A stretch of 64,000 nt of DNA from Squalus acanthias (lineage: Eukaryota): contig CM059432.1 in assembly GCA_030390025.1 (NCBI GenBank), positions 152,522,001 through 152,586,000 on the forward strand, in the 5' to 3' direction. This document shows positions 61,490-64,000 of the stretch, piece after piece. The notes under the pieces are model-generated. The model saw only the letters and a program-made list of their open reading frames with translations. It was not told the DNA's origin and ran no database searches. Position numbers and translations under genes: made by a program. Numbering within the stretch: the first letter of the stretch is position 1; every line of letters begins with the position of its first letter.

Positions 61490-64000
61490 GAGTCATAGAG
61501 TTATACAGCACAGAAAGAGGCCCTTCGGCCCATTGTGTCCGCGCCGGCCATCAAGCCCTGTCTATTCTAATCCCATTTTCCAGCACTTGGTCCGTAGCCT
61601 TGTATGCTATGGCGTTTCAAGTGCTCACCTAAATGCTTCTTGAATATTGTGAGGGTTCCTGCCTCTGCCACCCTTTCAGGCAGTAAGTTCCAGATTCCAA
61701 CCACCCTCTGGGTGAAAATGTTTTTCCTCAAATCCCCTCTAAACCTCCTGCCCCTTACCTTGAAACTATGCCCCCTGGGAATTGACCCCTCTACTAAGGG
61801 GAAAAGTTCCTTTCTATCTACCCTATCTATGCCCCTCATAATTTTGTACACCTCAATCAGGTCCCCCCTCAGCCTTCTCTGCTCTAAGGTAAACAACCCC
61901 AGCCTGTCCAGTCTCTCTTCATAGCTGAAACGCTCCAGCCCAGGTAACATCCTGGTGAATCTCCTCTGCACCCTCTCTAATGCAATCTCATCCTTCCTAT
62001 AGTGTGGCGACCAGAACTGCACACAGTATTCCAGCTGTGGCCTAACTAGCGTTTTGTACAGCTCCATCATAACCTCCCTGCTCTTATATTCTATGCCTCA
62101 GCTAATGAAGGCAAGTATCCCATATGCCTTCTTAACCGCCTTATCTACCTGTCCTGCTGCCTTCAGGGATCTATGTACATGCACACCAAGGTCCCTCTGA
62201 TCCTCTGTCCTTCCTAGGGTCCTACCATTCATTGTGTATTCCCTTGCCTTGTTAGTCCTCCCAAAATGCATCACCTCACACTTTTCAGGGTTAAATTCCA
62301 TTTGCCACTGTTCTGCCCATCTGACCAACCCGTCTATATCGTCCTGTAGCCTGAGGCTTCCCTCCTCGTTATTTACCACTCCACCAATTTTCGTGTCATC
62401 TGCGAACTTACTGATCATACCTCCTACATTCATATCTAAATCATTAATGTACACTACAAACAGCAAGGGACCCAGCACCGATCCCTGCGGTACACCACTG
62501 GACACAGGCTTCCAGTCACAAAAACAACCTTCGACCATCACCCTCTGCCTCCTGCCACTAAGCCAATTTTGGATCCAATGTGCCAAATTGCCCTGGATCC
62601 CATGGGCTCTTACCTTCTTGATCAGTCTCCCATGCGGGACTTTGTCAAAAGCCTTACTGAAGTCCATGTAGACTACATCAACTGCACTACCCTCATCCAC
62701 ACACCTAGTCACCCCCTCGAAAAATTCAATCAAATTGGTTAGACATGATCTCCCCCTGACAAAGCCATGCTGACTATCCTTGATTAATCCTTGGCTCTCC
62801 AAGTGGAGACTAATTCTGTCCCTCAGAATTTTTTCCAATAATTTCCCTACCACTGATGTTAGGCTCACTGGCCTGTAATTCCCTGGTTTATCCCTACTAC
62901 CCTTCTTGAATAATGGTACTACATTAGCTGTCCTCCAGTCCTCTGGCACCTCCCCTGAGGCCAGAGAGGTTCTGAAAATTTGTGTCAGAGCCTCTGCAAT
63001 CTCCTCCCTTGCCTCACACAGCAGCCTGGGATACATCTCGTCTGGGCCTGGGGATTTATCCACTGTTAAGCCCGCTAAAACTGCTGGTACCTCCTCCCTC
63101 TCAATACTAATTTGTTCAAGTATATCACAATCCCCCTGCCTGATTTCTATGCCTACATCATCCTTCTCCATAGTGAACACAGATGCACAATATTAATTTA
63201 AAACCTCACCTACATCTTCCGGCTCTACACACAGATTGCCACTTTGGTCCCTAATGGGCCCTACTCTTTCCCTGGTTATCCTCTTGCCCTTAATATACTT
63301 ATAAAACACCTTGGGATTTTCCTTTATTTTGCCAGCCAGTATTTTTTCATGCCCCCTCTTTCGCTCTCCTAATTTCTTTTTTAAGTACCCCCCTGCACTT
63401 TCTATACTCCTCTGGGGCTTCCACTGTTTTTAGTCCTTTGTATCTGCCAAAAGCGTCCCTTTTTTTTCCTTATCCATTCTTGTATATCCCTTGACATCCA
63501 GGGTTCCCTGGGCTTGTTGGTCCCACCCTTGACGTTTACGGGAACATGTTGGCATTGTACTCTCTCTATTTCCTTTCTGAATGACTCCCACTGCTTTGAT
63601 GTGGATTTTCCTACAAGTAGCTTATCCCAATCCACTTTGGCCAGATCCTGCCTTATCATATTAAAATCGGCCTGCCCCCAATTTAGAACCTTTATTTCCG
63701 GTCCACCTTTGTACTTTCCCATGACTACCTTAAATCTCACCGAATTATGGTCACTGTCACCAAAATGCTCTCCTACTGACACTTCTACCACTTGCCCGGC
63801 TACATTCCCTAGAATTAGGTCCAGTACCGCCCCCTCTCTTGTAGGACTTTCTACATGCTGGCTCAAAAAGCTCTCCTGGATGCACTTTAAGAATTCTGCA
63901 CCCTCTAAGCCTTTCACACTCTGACTATCCCAGTTAATAATGGGGATGTTGAAATCCACTACTATTATTACCCTATTATTTCTACACTTCTCTGAGATTT
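61490..64000 (-). mobile_element. CR1-clade LINE ORF2 (EN C-terminal part + RT + 3' UTR), frameshifted, continues beyond the window
   Basis: DFNIP, PTREGAVLDLIL and SDHNSV (EN); NYRPVSLTS, QHGF, DFSKAFDKVPH and FADDTK (RT), split over three ORFs. Confidence 0.96.

Noticed and set aside
38441..64000. GLI3 exon 3 (EDESPGQ...RERRNAITMQPQ) and perfect GLI sites (GACCACCCA)
   Set aside because: Not found by reading. Exon 3 probably lies beyond the window.

Overview
Eukaryotic vertebrate DNA, most likely from a cartilaginous fish (shark-type DeuSINE, CR1, RTE, Penelope and Harbinger repeats). The window holds the 5' part of GLI3 on the + strand. It includes a CpG/GC-box promoter with a probable non-coding exon 1 (donor after 4054), a ~34 kb intron 1 with a 200-N assembly gap, and the first coding exon (38278-38440; [41 protein letters not shown]). 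The first ~25 kb of intron 2 follow; exon 3 was not found. The rest is repeats plus repeat-free islands that look like enhancers. The most unusual signals are: (1) a 2.8 kb LINE headed by a tRNA-type Pol III promoter, with no ORF1 and almost no sense-strand TTTT; (2) a perfect 195-bp palindrome from a Penelope-like end, centred on a hammerhead ribozyme core and flanked by a 13-bp TSD; (3) several PIF/Harbinger MITE families with 3-bp TSDs, two copies of which are inverted around the GLI3 start exon; (4) an out-of-frame uORF overlapping the GLI3 start codon; (5) a same-strand AACTTT cluster just upstream of the promoter. All family assignments come from reading motifs by eye, not database searches.
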